Assembly (NCBI GenBank): GCA_020137815.1
Contig: CM035357.1
Coordinates: forward strand, 992,001-1,056,000
Direction: 5' to 3'
DNA length: 64,000 bases
DNA from: Hormiphora californensis
Taxonomy: Eukaryota > Animalia > Ctenophora
This document shows, in pieces, positions 1-18,599 of this stretch; the stretch's first letter is position 1; each line of letters starts with the position of its first letter. A program made the translations under genes and the position numbers. Under the pieces are notes generated by a model, which saw only the letters and a program-made list of their open reading frames with translations, did not search any database and was not told where the DNA came from.

Positions 1-545
1 ACTCATGAGACGATTTTTTTCGCGTTTCATCTCAATTTTTAGTGATAGGCGGATAAAGAGCCGTACCCCACCAAATATGAATACACTATGAAATGAAGTT
101 CCCAGCGGTTCAGATCACTGCAAATCTTGTGATCAACTGTTTTCACCGGGTTTTCACAAAGCAGTGTGAAAGCCTTGTGAATCCCAAGTACAAAAAAATT
201 GGCGAAACTCCATATTTGCGCGCTCAGTGTGCTTATTTGTACAACCCACCCAAATTTGCTAGTCTTTTGTGCGGACCACACAACGAATTTTGCGGTCTCA
301 GAGACAGCCCCTGATAACAGTGACTCTGTAGACTCTAGAGCTGTAGTCACGCACAAAATGCGGCACATTGTAGTCACGCACAGCTACTATATATAAATGT
401 ACTACTCTATAACAATGTAGCTACATTGTACATGCATTTAGAAACAACTCATTACTCAATCATATATTTCGGGCTGGTATGACCCACATACTGACAGTGG
501 TAAGTCAATGGCCATCATATCTAGGGGAGGGAAGGGGTAAATTAC

Positions 546-5268
<4,723 letters not shown>

Positions 5269-5525
5269 GGTGCTAGATGGGAGATATATCAAGTTAGGGG
5301 TTTGGGGTGCTAGATGGGATGTATCAAGTTAGGAATTGGGGTGCTAGATGGGATAAATCAAGTTAGGGATTTGGCGCTAGATGGGAGATATCAAGTTAGG
5401 GATCTGGTGCTAGATGGGGTATATCAAGAGATTTGCAAATATTTGGGTGCTAGATGGGATAAGTTAGGGGTTTGGTGCTAGATCATCTAGGCTATAGCTA
5501 GATGAAATATAATATCAAGTTAGGA
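5269..5525 (-). repeat. About 30-bp tandem repeat of the splice acceptor just upstream of the JNK ATG
   Basis: About 7 copies of CCTAACTTGATA..TCCCATCTAG|CACC; the last copy abuts the start codon. Confidence 0.85.
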
Positions 5526-5877
5526 ATTTGGCAACAGTGGTTAGAATATTGTTTGGGAATGATATGAGTGATTGTTCAGAGGGGAATTGGGGTTGAAAGA
5601 GCTTAGAACCACGTTGAAGAATATTAGGCGATGAATGCTAAACTTGATGGTTTGAGGTTTGGGGTTAGGACTGTCTCAAATGGAAGGTGCGATGAACTTC
5701 CGGCTGCTAGAAGAAAACAGAGAAACTAAAACTGCTAATTCGACAAGAAAAAAAGTACACTGCCACATAGCGTTTCAAGAATAATTCAAGCAGTGAAAAG
5801 GGAGAGAAGCTGAGACTGAAATGTTGAGATAAAATAGAAGAGAAAGAAAACGACCAGTGTCAATTAACCACCCGGAT

Positions 5878-6011
<134 letters not shown>

Positions 6012-7005
6012 ATGAATAGAGATAGAGCCTACTGGCTACAGCAGCTCTCACGAATACATCCACTTGCTGGCTACTGCTGCTGCAGACGTGACAGTTTCCT
6101 CGTTACAAATCGAGTTCCTACATACAATCACACAACAAATGGTATGTTCCTACATACAATCACAAAACAACAAATGAAGACAACATGCTTGATTTGTACT
6201 GAAATACAGCTCACAAATATAATCAAGTGTGATCATAGTAGGGGGTCTCATTTTACATCCGTTACACGATCAAGCAACTAAAAGCTAGCTACTATTACTA
6301 CTCTTGGACCAAAGATTACAGATATAATGCTTCAAAAGGAGTCCAGCTTCCTATAATAATTAAACTAAAAAGAATGGTTGAATTCTAGTAACAACAGTAA
6401 TACTTCATCTCTTTGTCTCTTGTCTCTTTCTCCCTCTTTCTTTCTCTTTCTCTATCTCTTGCTGGCTACCAATATCTCTGCCAGGCAAGTACCGCATAGG
6501 CTGACACCGGAAGTAACGTTGTGCGACCATTAGCAGTGTATATGATTGTTGCAGAGAGAGAGAGAGGAGAGAGAGAGAGAGAAAGAGAGAGAGAGATATA
6601 TAGAGAGAGGGAGAGATACAGAGAACAAATAAAGCCGATAGATTAGACAGAGCGATATGACAAGAGTGAGAAAGTAAGAAGCTGAGATCGAGAAGTTCTC
6701 AGCGAGTAAGTTGTATTGTTTGGAGGTGGTTGATGTAGTAACACAGCAATTATGTATCAAAGGATGCTGAATTTAGTGGTAAACTTCAACTAAGTACTAA
6801 GCGGAACTCTCTTTGGCCTTTGCTAAAGGGTCGAGCAATAAAAGAAGTCTCTTTCACAGAGAGCAATTGGGACAAGATAATGTGAACACTGAACGGAAGT
6901 GGAACTGTGGATTAGGATACACTAATTGTACATTCTCTGGCAGAGTTCCACATCACGCTCGACAATCCTGGCAATACACAAGAACAAGTTTTACACGCAA
7001 ATAGA

Positions 7006-7095
<90 letters not shown>

Positions 7096-7922
7096 CAGCG
7101 TAATTGTTGTGTAAGCTAACCTTGAAAAAGGAATCCTGTCTTTTTATCTCTCTCCAATTATTTCTACCATTCTCTCCTACTTTATGATTTCGCCGCTCCC
7201 CTTTTATCCATAAGTTTCTAAATAGCACAATTAAGATAGGTCTAAGCAGTAACAGAATGGAGAAAGAAATATTAGGACTATAAAATAGAGGCGTGGAGGA
7301 CTACAAATTTACTGTTCATGTTAGGACTATAATTCTTCTAATCAGTAGAGTAGTAGTAAAGGGAACTGTTAGGACAAAGGACTATAATAATGAAGGATAA
7401 AAAGAGGGAACAGCAGCTCAGTGACGACAAAAGGCAGCGGATGTTGTAACAATGTATCACGTTTCACCTTCCTAGCGGTGTTTGACGTTCTCAGCAATGA
7501 GCCTTGATATGAGTCGCTTGTCTCTCGAGCTGTAAATTAAACTGCCCAGGAAGCTGTTAAGTAAAATCAATGAGTTACCAACAACACGATGTCAGCCACT
7601 AATGACCTGTTGAGATTGGTTTTAGATCAGCGGCATGTGAAACGCAGGATAGTGACAGAGATAAAGTGAAACAGTGGAAGAGATAACGAGATAAACAAAC
7701 GGCATGTCGTCATGAGAAGATTAACGAAATTAATGAGGAAAACGGAAATGGAGAAACAACAGATCTGAGAGGAAAATGATCGTTACACTGACCTAATGAC
7801 AACATTTTAATAAACCTGTTTACTAATAACCAGTTTATAACATCCGTCTCTTCCCGCCCTAATATTACACACTCTAGTTGTAAGTTGTAACACACAGCCA
7901 TGCGAAACGAGCTGACGCAGCC

Positions 7923-8012
<90 letters not shown>

Positions 8013-9982
8013 AGTGAGAGTGAGAGAGAGACTGATAATGCGATTCACGTACTGTGAACTATGTAACGGCTAAATATAGAACTGCTACAAACTAATAAGA
8101 AGAACACACAGTCTATCTGTGAGGCTGCATAATATTTAGCGGAATATACTGACGTAGTATTTGAAAGAAAAATGATAAAAAGTTCGATAATTAAGTAATA
8201 ATTGGGCCTTTTATACCATTATCACACTCGCATGATTTATGATTCTAGAATAGTGACTTCATGGCCCATGGGGTTGTATCAGTGGTAAAACGGCCGAAGA
8301 TTGAAGAATGGATGGGAGGTCCGATTGATAGATAGCAAGCGAGGTGTATCGAAACTATCGATACAAGAGGTGGAAAATCAGTGGGAGGGAGGGGGTGTAG
8401 TGAGAGAGGGCTGAGCAAGGCCAAGGGGGAGGGGTCTAAGGTAAGGGCATGAGATCACCGTATATGAAAAAGTGAAAGTGAAAGGACCTTTGCTCTTGGG
8501 AGAAAGATAGAAAGGTGGGGTCTCAGGGGATGAGTGATATGGGAGGGAAAGAGGATCAGGAGACTCCTGAAAGGAGTGAGAATTGAGATATGGGAAGGAA
8601 AAAAACACGCGACACTTCAGATCTAACAGATAACAACTACACATCTGCTAATATATAAAGAATAAAACTGCGTGTGTGATACATGTTGTGTGACCTTCCT
8701 TCATACATTGTTTAACATCTTTCCTCTTTCATACATTAAATTAACACTTCCTTATTTAACATCTTCCTTATTTAACATCTTCATATATCCCCGAGGAAGA
8801 TTCCTTCTATTATAATAAGTACAATGTCCTGATAATAAGTACAATGTCCTGATAATAATTTCTTTCAATTCCAGACTTCAACTTCATTCTTTCTTTCTAT
8901 CTTTCTGTCGTCGTCAGGAATCAGGAGACACTCTCCTGGCTCCCCTAGTTACAGAACTGTAACGATCTATACACACACACTGCCACGCAAATATACCGGG
9001 TCTATTTGGTGGGATAAGAAATGTAAAAACTCTCATTCTCAGTTCTCACGCTCTGTCTCTCACTCTCATTTCCTCTCACTCTCGTTTTCTCTCACTTTGT
9101 GTCTCTCACTCTCATTTCCTCTCACTCTCTGCTATGTAACCACAGACGAACTAGAGAGCATAAGGACAGAACAGCTATTATATAACGTCAGTTCAGCTAC
9201 AGCTCAGAATACTACAGAACTAGTCAGAACTAGTCAGAACAACTCAGAACTACTCAGAAATGTCAGAACTAGTCAGAATCAAACTCAGAACAACCGCACT
9301 GATCATCGCATTCCTAATTGGCTAAAGCCAATAGGCACATGACGAGGAAGGGAAAAAGATATAATCAATCACAAACAAACTCCGCCTTCACTATCCTAAG
9401 TTTTACAATTACCTTTTGTTTGTTACCCAAAAAACGTCGTTTACTTTGATAAACACCAACTTCACAAAACCTCTACATCCTACCCATTACACCCTTCAAC
9501 ACTTACAACCTACAATACCTGTCACCTCCGACAACGGTAATCCCCGATCTTACACCCCTACACCTTAATCTCACATCTCTACACCTCTCACCTCTTCAAC
9601 TCGACACCTCCTCACTCGTCTTGTCACCGCGTCTGATTGCGTCTAGCTGACAGGGTACGAACCTCGGCTTTAGACGACCAGCCCTTTGACCACCGATACT
9701 ACACTTAGGCCCTAGTTTCTGTGCGTTGCATACCTCCTAGACTTCATTAAGTACGACAGGAATTAAACTTCGGTCTTCAGTATATCCCAACTGACCGATA
9801 AAAGCTGCCAAATCCGGATTCAACTCCGGCGGCTAGTCTGCAGCTAGGGACGTCCAGATGTCCGCGAAATGCATCTCATAGTTGCAACTGATTCTAAAAT
9901 TTAATGGAAATTTAGACGTTAGAGCTATGGTTTTATGTTATATCTTGAATAATAACATTTTGAACTTTTACATTGAGAGATC

Positions 9983-12834
9983 ATGTTAGGACGTAGAGTA
10001 GAGGTCATGAACTACAGTCGAAAGACAATACCTTTCAGAGATCAGTTATCGTTGATTCTAGGATTAGGAATAAGTAATATTTTATCTTTTTTATAGTACA
10101 TCACCATTTTACCTTGCACGGGTGGGATCACAGTACGATGGATAGAATCATGCTCGGTTGAAAGAGAAGGATCGATCGCCGGATTGTCAAAAACCAACTC
10201 TTGGAGCAGAACCAGAATCTACTCATTTAGTTTCCACTCGGATTATGAGGTCTTTTGTTATTTAATTTTCTTTTTTGATCTTCTAGCATACCACGCGAGT
10301 TAGTCTTGACTGTTTGGATCACAGGAAGCTCAATCATCCCGCCTTTACAGGCGTTGTCACTAGTTGTGTTCGGCACGCGGAGTTATATGCTTTAAAGATA
10401 ATCAACCTGTTAAATCCTGCTGATGTTGATTTGTATGATGCTATATTTAACGAGGTCACTGTCCTAACCGATCTGACACCCCACCCTAATATAATCACAA
10501 TGAACAAGGTATGTTCTATTCACTATTGTTATTTGTTATCCCCCTTTTTCCATGACTATATTCAGCAGATCTTCTCCAAAGGTTTATACAACAATAATAT
10601 CCCCTATCCACAACAGATCTCCCTCTCCATAATAATAAAATGTTGAATAGCGTCCCTACATCCCTATTCTCCCCTCTAAAACATTGAATAATATTAATAT
10701 TGTATCCTCCAGGCGTTCCGCAAGGAGACTACGGTGTATGTACTCCTGGAGTTAGCTAAGGAGGGGGTGCTGTTTGATTTTGTTAGCAAGTCTGCCTGTC
10801 TGATGGAGAAAACCGCTGCTGGACTGTTCAGACAACTATTACTGGGTAAATTCACACTACAGATACGCTGTTGTGTAAGATGGTATCCTACCTGAGATAC
10901 CCCTGACTCAGTGACTCACATCTCTCAATATAATATACTTAAATCCCTCTCACTTCAAAATATCACTCCCCCATCATTCCCAGGTTTAAAACATCTCCAC
11001 GATAACGGGATAGTTCACAGAGACATCAAAATGGAAAACCTCCTCATTTCGGACAACCGCATCCTCAAACTAACCGATTTTGGTTTTGCCAAAAAACTCC
11101 AAAATGGTGAAAAACTAAAGGATCTGTGTGGGACTCTCAGCTACTTGTCTCCTGAGATGATTCGAGCTGAGTATGGGAGTAACAAGCACGGTTATGGGAG
11201 AGAGGTGGACATGTGGGCTTGTGGTGTGTTATTGTACATACTACTCATGGGTCAGCCACCATTCTCTAACTACAGAAAGGTAAATGTCTAGGACTTAGGA
11301 ACAAACAAACAAACAAACGGTATAGGGAGAAATTGCTTTTCACTGATCAGCTTTGTTCAGAATTCGTGCAGCAATTTTTCATAAAATACTGAATTGCATC
11401 ATGTCCCGTTGTTTCTCATCTAAATGGGGCTGATATCAGCTTTGCAAGATAACAAGCTTGAAGTAGAGAGAAATAATGAGAAGGAGAGATAATAGAGAGA
11501 GCGATAGAGAAGGATATAGAAAGATAGAAAATGAGTTCTCACCCTGACGTCAAAGACACACAGAGTCAGAGCTGCATTGTGGTGAGATAGGAAGCAAAAT
11601 CAGCACAGTTTCGTGTTTAGATTCTAACCAAGTTACGAATAATAAAAGCCAATGAATTTGATTGGATTTACTAGGATGGTGAGAAATACATCAACAAAAG
11701 AGAGCGAAAGTAGAAACTTCTGACTTCTATATATATTCTCCAAAGTTTCTTACCTAAACTCTAACCCACGCAGCCTGCACCACCGCCCCCGGGTACCTGC
11801 TGCTTCCAAACAGCTAACCCCACTCTCCCCACAGTTACACCTGCTACGGCAGATCCAGGAGGGTCGCTATGTGAAACAGGAGAGGCCTGGGAGCGGCTCT
11901 CTGGTCCAGCTTGGATCTGATAGATAGACTCCTTCAAGTTGACACGAACAAGAGACTAACTGTTGATGAGGCTCTCTGTCATCCCTGGCTACAGTGAGTA
12001 GATAATTCGATAATCGATAATTCCTGTATTATACTCTGCTATACTCCTGCATAACACTCAGTTATATTCCTGTGTTTTTTAACACTCTGTGATGTTCTTG
12101 ATGGATTGTTGATCGCATGTCTCAATCTAGATTTACACATTTTATCGCGTGTTATAACAAGCATTTCTACAATCTACAAGCATTTTTACATTCATTCACA
12201 TTAGCATGCTGGCTCTATGAGCTCTCGACCATAATTGATACATTACTGTCTCCAGGACTAGGAACAAGCTTTTTAAAATATCCTCTCTGCTATCTTACTA
12301 TACCTCGCCAGATTAGATATTGTTCTAATTTTCCTCCCTATGTAATCCTGATCAGATCTCATTCATACCACTCTCTCCAGGACATTCCACCCGAAACAAG
12401 GAAGAAAGACATTCAGGCAGGCAGCACTATTGGCAGTGTTTATATGTTATCTGAGACGTAAACTATTGTAAACTCCGAACAGAATCCTCTGGAACTTGTA
12501 CAGGTATTTTCATCAACTTCCTCTTGCAACTATTATGTTACTATTTTGATACTATTTTGCCCACATGTCTCTCCAGCAACGTAAATATAAATATAGCCCC
12601 GTTTCTACATAGTACGAGCGATTGTTTGTTTTGAAAGCTGAGACTTGTCACCCAGGAATATAATTTCCATTTCCAGAATTTACCCAATTTCTCTAATTCC
12701 AGAACGGTAAAGCTGCCCCCTACGGGGTACGGGAGATGAGACGAGTTATGGACGATGCTGCTTTTGCTGTTTACGGACACTGGGTTCAGAGAGAGGATCC
12801 TGACACGCGATCCCACATGTTCTGTACTACCTAA
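9983..12834 (+). CDS. PHKG: Phosphorylase b kinase gamma catalytic subunit
   Basis: Exons at about 9983-10073, 10351-10508, 10713-10845, 10984-11279, 11835-11993, 12381-12503 and 12703-12834. Motifs: HPNII, HRDIKMEN, DFGFA, GEKLKDLCGT, GYGREVDMWACGV, and the PHKG-type tail PYGVREMRRVMDDAAFAVYGHWVQR. Two apparent 1-nt deletions in the 11835 exon. Start exon less certain. Confidence 0.88.
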
Positions 12835-12838
12835 AGGC

Positions 12839-12947
12839 CAGGAACCGACCGAATCAGGAAATACTGGTCCCTGATTGGCTGATAACCTGTCACGTGACCT
12901 AAATAACGAGTTCTGATTGGTTGTTTACTTGTTTCGGTCGGTTCCTG
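12839..12947. mobile_element. 109-bp hAT-like MITE, copy 1 of 5
   Basis: TIR CAGGAACCGACCGA; perfect 8-bp TSD CTAAAGGC. Confidence 0.9.
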
Positions 12948-13229
12948 CTAAAGGCTAAACAGCGAACTGGGCATACTATTAGGGGTGGTCTATTGTTATT
13001 CTCGGCCGTTCCACGACTATGTTTTATATTCTTCAAAAGGTCTTCTCCCAAGTTTTACATTGTAACAGTCTAACTTGGCAAGTTTTACACTACAATGATA
13101 TCTCCCTCGAAGGGAGTGGGTTCAGAGAATACTGCCTAGTTGGTGGAATAGTGGACTATATATGATATATTGTCTCTGTTGTAACTAGTTCGTAGCAAGA
13201 AAAAAACTGAATAGAAGTATTCCGCTCAG

Positions 13230-13532
13230 TGAGAGAGAGAGAGAGAGTGTGTGTGTGTGTGAGAGAGTAAGAGATAGACACAAAGTGAGAGAAAACGAGA
13301 GTGAGAGACAGAGCGTGAGAGTGAGAGTGGGAGAAAACGAGAGTGAGAGACACAAAGTGAGAGAAAACGAGAGTGAGAGACAGAGCGTGAGAGTGAGAGA
13401 CAGAGAGTGAGAGCGAGCGAGAATGAGAGGAAACGAGAGTGAGAGACAGAGTGAGCGAGAATGAGAGTGAGAGGAAACGAGAGTGAGAGACAGAGAGTGA
13501 GAGCGAGCGAGAATGAGAGGAAACGAGAGTGA
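13230..13532. repeat. Complex GA-rich minisatellite (GAGAGTGAGAGACAGA / GAGGAAACGAGAGT); short inverted relative at 9045-9130
   Basis: Direct reading. Confidence 0.8.
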
Positions 13533-13732
13533 GGGGCGAGAGGATAACGGTAAGGGGGGTGGCAGAGAGCCATTCCCCGCAGGCCTGAGACAGAAGAGCA
13601 GGGGGAGACAAAGGAGGAACCTCCCAGATGATAGAGAGGCGAACGGAGCTTTGGCTGGAAAGGTATAAAGGAGCAAGACAAGAGCTCTGAGGACACAGTC
13701 TTCCGAAAATGAAGTAGGAGAAAGCGAGGGTA

Positions 13733-16311
13733 TGGGGTGGTAAGACACTTTTTCACTGCCACGTTTGTTACGTTGAACGGGAAGGACTATACCCCGGCCC
13801 CTATTGAAATTGTTTACATTTGAGAGAGTTATCACACATTACATAGTGTGAGAGAAAAAAGAAAAGGGGAAAAAAAGTGTGTGTGTTGGTGGTGTTTGTA
13901 TTTCAACAAGGAACCTACCCAAAACCGCCTTGGTTGAAAGCGGGCAACTCGATCTACAAGCAACCATCGCATCAAAAATCAGATATAGAGGAGAAGTAAA
14001 TTGGTGAAAGGGCGGGAAGTAATGAGGAATTAGGGTAATGTTGGTACAATAGTGTGTTAGGCATGGATGAGTGGTTACATCAGTTCGGTAATACGTTTTG
14101 TGTCATGTTGCATTTGTTATGTTGGATTATTATTCAATACTGGTTGATCCCCCCCCCCCGCCCCCCCCCCCCCCCCCCCCCAGTTAGGGAGCCTAGTACA
14201 TATCTCACCTTTTTAAGGGGAGGAAAACGCAGAATGAAGACATTGATGAGAAGTGTTTCATGAAGGGGGGTGGTGTGTGTGGTCGATGTAGGAGTGGTAG
14301 ATGTAGGGTAGGTGTAGGGCGCGGTCACACTTGCCCAGCAGGTACCTATTTGTAGAGCAGGCTTTGGTTTGTTTTTATTGATAGTTCGAGTTTTTAGAGG
14401 GAGGAGGAAGACATGTTTAAGGCACGTTTATGCCTTCAAGGAAGGGTTAAGGCATATTGCACTAATTTAAAGGAACTGGCAGAGGTTATCTGGGGATGAG
14501 AGGGGTTGAGGTTTTTTCGTACAAGGGTTTGATGTTCCCCTAGTAGTTACTTATAGGTGCGCTTGTGAGGCCCGTTTCAGGGGCTGGTTTGTTCTCCCTA
14601 ATAAGGGATGGAAGGGGGTGGTTACTGGTGTAGTTAGTGGAAGGTTAATGGGAGGGGTTGCTTATTAGTTAGTTTGGTGGTTTTGGGTGGCGTGGTTGTT
14701 TGTTCGCCGCTCGCGCTCTCTCGCCCAGAGGTCCTGTATTGGTACACAATTAAGCACAACCAGTCATTAAACATTCAAATACAGGGCGACCAAGCGGTTA
14801 AAGATATGAAAACCGATAATAATCACAAAATCTTAAACCCCTTTATTGCAAGGGGAGTCATTTGCAGGGCATGCTCCCTGAATAAGGGCGGTAAGTTCAT
14901 CGCTCATACTACCACACCCGTCATTCTTCAGGGTATCGACAATATAGAGGGAGTTAAAATTTGCTTTCTATTAAAACAGACAAGTCAACCTCCCATGTTT
15001 CAGTGGGAACTAAGCTCAAAAATACGCCCTGTAATCTCTCATCCTAGCGCAGAGAGAGAGGCGAGAGATGAGAGAGCGAGAGCAGACTAAACAGAAAGAA
15101 GAGTAGAGGAAGGAAGAGGGAGGTGGACCGGGGGGGAAGAGTAAAGGAAGAAATGGTAACGTGTGGATAGGGGTAAAGTGAGTGTTTGATATTATTGTGG
15201 GAATGACGATAACCCTTCCTTTTGTATTTAACTTCTTGGTCTCATCGGTCCTATCATCTTTCTCTTGCCAGGTATCTCTAGGCTCTCTTGGATCTCTCTA
15301 CCCCTATCTCGCTCTCTTCTCTCATTCTATCTATGAGTCGTTCGCTCTTTCTCTCTCTTCTTTCTCCACTTGTCGCGCTCTTCTGACTTAGACCAGCTAG
15401 ACCAGATTGCACCCTCATCGTCCCACCAAAACTTTTCAGCTGGCCAGTGGGTAGGGGTTGGAAAAGCATCGGGCGGGAACATTTCCAATCCAAGGGAACC
15501 AAGCTAAAATTTGGGACCCTAAGCGGGATATCACCACTCACCCCAGATGCACCATAATTAACCTATACATGCAAGAACAAAGCCAGTCACGACAATGTAT
15601 CCCAGAAAACAATGAGTGATACCACGTACCCGGACCAGTGCCTCGCTACCTTTATAAGAGCCGCATACAAACGGGTGTGTGGGACAGTTATACACCCCAC
15701 CCACAAACCACACAATCAGCTATCTCGATTATGAGGCGAGAGCTATATCTCTTGCTAGAAGGGGTGCAAATAGGTGATAGGAGCAGCAGGGATGTTATCT
15801 TTATATGCAGGTGTATATTTGATTGATCCTTTGTCTTATTAATACCTCAGTTACCGCTAAGAAACAACCCGTCAACAACATACAACGGAACGTAGACCTA
15901 GTCCTATCACGGTGGACTGGGCAGTTGCTCCACGAGCAGTGCTTCGATCTGGGCTGCCATGCGGCTAGATCGCGCTCCAGAAAGTCCTTCCTGCCTCTAC
16001 AAGTCCGTCAGTTTGTCAAAACATCCCTACTCATGATGGTGCTGGCAGGCGGCTGTCTAGAAGTTTAGGTAGAAAGAAATCATGTCATTAACTTTGTTTG
16101 ACAACACTGAACCTGCGTGCTCCGAGAAATGGTAGCACACACTGAGTGATGGGGTGAGACAGACAGTTCGTGCAAGTCACCGGGGTCAGGGTCAAGGCAG
16201 GGACCTTAGGAGTGAGATTATCGTGCTGTCAATCCAATAGTTGGACTGCCACAGGATCGAGAAAATGCCGCGCTGACGTCGGAAAAAAAAAAAAAAAAAA
16301 AAAAAAAAAAA
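13733..16311 (+). mobile_element. About 2.6-kb poly(A)-tailed retroelement insertion (low-quality sequence)
   Basis: A-tail at 16283-16311, flanked by duplicated AAAGCGAGG(G)TA (13721-13732 and 16309-16319). The empty site is present in inverted orientation at 27630-27640. No clean reverse transcriptase ORF is readable. Confidence 0.6.
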
Positions 16312-17700
16312 GCGAGGTACAGACATTCATAAAATATTAACCCCTGGCTTTCTATTAGAAAGTTGGATATTATTCATTTCACAAGTATGGAACATCCAGT
16401 ACTCTATAAACTGACCCCCCCCCCCCCATTCACCAAAGTTCTGGAGGAAAGAAGGGGACCAAGGTCTACAAATATTGTAAGTGGTGGTCAAGGTAGGGGA
16501 CGATATTATGCTAAATAAACATTCAAGGGGATATAAAAAAGGCTACATGTATGATAATAAAACGGGCGCGCCTAATCAGACCGCACGCTCGCGTCAATGG
16601 GCCCACAGCAGACGGCGAGCGATGGTCAGCGTATGAACATCTGAAGAAACTAAGCAGGTCCGAGTAGTCAGAAACAGACGCACAGAAGATGGCACGAAGA
16701 CTGAGAGAGAAGGAGATCGACTCGCGCCCTCAATCAATGCCGCCCAAGCTCGACCCACACCTCTCAAATCTGCACCAAAGCAGTGACCGGATTTCCCCCG
16801 CAAAGACACTCCCTTACATAAAGCACCTACGTCCCACTGCCAAGCGCATCCCACCCCGCTCCGACCCGATCGCCGACACAGCGTTTTGACACCGCCTGGA
16901 GGACCCCCGGCTACCGATGACACTTTGCCGCGGACAGACGAGGTGAGAGCAACTTGAGAGAGGAGCAGCGAGAGAAGATCAGAGCGAGAAGAGGGAGAGA
17001 AGCAGAGAGCCTGAGAGGTCCGAGAGATACCTCTGACCCGGAGACGGATGACGAGAGAGACAGACGGAGAGATGAGAGGAGAAGAGCTGTGAGAAGCGAG
17101 AGTAGACGAGAGGAGAGAGAACGGAGAGGGCACGAGGAGAGAGAGAGAATTGCCTGAGGAGAGAGAAAAGAGGAGCAGAAAGAGAGACGCGACTGAGGCG
17201 AGGAGAGAGAGAAGAGAGAAGAGAGGAGAGAAGGGACAGAGGACAGAGAAGCAGACCAGCCAGAGGAGGAGGGAGAGAGCGACAAAGAGAGGGAGCGGAC
17301 GAGATCGACACGGGAAAAGATGAGTACGAGAGACCGAGACGACAGAGAGAAAGCAGAGCGACATGCAGAGGAACTGAGGCAAAGAGGTACAGGGAACGAG
17401 AGAGAATGCCCTGAGAGGGAGCAGGAAGAGGAGAGAGAGATGTAGAGAGAAGAGAGAGAAAGAGAGAGAGAGGAGGAGATGAGACGACGAGGAGGAGAAG
17501 ATCACGAGGGAGACGAGAGGAAGAGGAGGAGAGGTGGAGAGAGAGAGAGAGAGATAAAGAAAATAAGGGGTGGTATAAACATCTGGCCCACCCCCACTCT
17601 AGAAAGCCTCTATGAGTATCATTGTCTTATATTAAAGGGCATTGATTGCCACACAAAAAAAACCTCATTTAATGTGTGTACTTGTACATTGCATATTGAG

Positions 17701-17756
<56 letters not shown>

Positions 17757-17900
17757 CACAATAACGTAGTACATAGTATCACGCAGTCAGTATCACACCA
17801 TTATCTTGTTTACTCAGTCCCATAATCATCTCACTCATTCTGAGGGTTCGAGATGGTACAAAGACACAGAATTTCTGTATTTCTTTGTCACATCTCGAAC
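16312..17900 (-). repeat. Error-rich inverted copy of about 26900-27640 (KLC intron)
   Basis: 16430-16500 matches the reverse complement of 27455-27530; 17570-17695 matches the reverse complement of 27125-27240. Confidence 0.8.
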
Positions 17901-18531
17901 CCTCTTTAGCCCCTCTCTCCTCTCTCCTTCTTCTCCATTCTAATAAGATACCTCACCAAACGGGTACAACAGCCGTCCAACACAATGAAAGGGACTGCAC
18001 CACCCTCCCCCACCCCATCACGTGTTATTTAGTACACAACCCCCCCCCCCCCGCCCCGCCCCATCACGTGTTATTTAGTACACAACCTAGGTTCATTCAG
18101 TGTAACAATAAAGGAGTTCGAAGGGAGAAAGCCCCGACCCTCAAATATCAGTACCGGCTAAGATATATTTTGTTTGTAGCCCCTACGATAAATTCAATAT
18201 TCATCAACCCAAGTTTCAGCATCATTCCATTTTCCATTACACCAACATTTTACATTCAACAATAACCTTTAACGCAATAGTACTATTTTATATATTATGG
18301 TGAATTTCTCTGCCATCTGTCTCTCTCTTTTTAACATTTTGTGGCATATGGGAACTAGTATAATTGATACAGTTTCTCAAGAGGCCGCAGTATAACATTA
18401 TGTCTGAGAAGAGGAAGATCAGACAAGAAGGAAGCTCGGAGAGATGTGAAGTGGATAAAGATAGTTGTTATAGGACATCATCATAATATATCCCGCATAG
18501 AAAGAGATAATTATTATATGTCTCTCCTCTT

Positions 18532-18599
<68 letters not shown>

